From Mobula hypostoma (Eukaryota), in NCBI RefSeq assembly GCF_963921235.1, contig NC_086108.1, positions 108,130,001 through 108,194,000 on the forward strand: DNA of 64,000 nucleotides, in the 5' to 3' direction. A model generated the notes under the pieces. The model searched no databases, had not been told where the DNA came from, and was given only the letters and a program-made list of their open reading frames with translations. Positions 63,991 to 64,000 of the stretch are shown here, in pieces. The number at the start of each line of letters is the position of its first letter. Position 1 is the first letter of the stretch. The position numbers and the translations under genes are program-made.

Positions 63991-64000
63991 TACTGTTTTA

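Noticed and set aside
46270..64000. Next latrophilin exon (CNNRTQC...PDPCPGTYKYLEV)
   Set aside because: Not found by eye or in the ORF track; presumably beyond the window.

Overview
Eukaryotic, repeat-dense genomic DNA. The repeat families (HE1/V-SINE-like tRNA SINEs, CR1, Rex/Babar, Penelope) suggest a cartilaginous fish, probably a ray; this is an inference. I can support only one host exon: a 214-nt coding exon (46056-46269, +) for the N-terminal part of the rhamnose-binding-lectin (RBL/SUEL) domain of a latrophilin, closest to ADGRL2. The rest of the window appears to be its two flanking introns. These contain: (i) a young 2.7-kb Gypsy LTR element with two internal deletions (23370-26044; 195-bp LTRs, tRNA-Trp PBS, ATAT TSD); (ii) a decayed IR/DR-type Tc1 transposon (61324-62824); (iii) many Penelope-like element (PLE) fragments whose 3' ends carry a minimal type-I hammerhead ribozyme, with an intact copy at 1265-1300, and several short TSD-flanked fold-back insertions that turn around inside the ribozyme; (iv) CR1, Rex/Babar and RTE LINE fragments, tRNA SINEs and tiny hAT MITEs; (v) a 42-bp minisatellite carrying CTCF-like motifs just downstream of the exon, and a 165-bp local templated duplication. 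Most ORFs in the supplied track are repeat-derived or spurious. Boundaries of old repeats are approximate and were read by eye.
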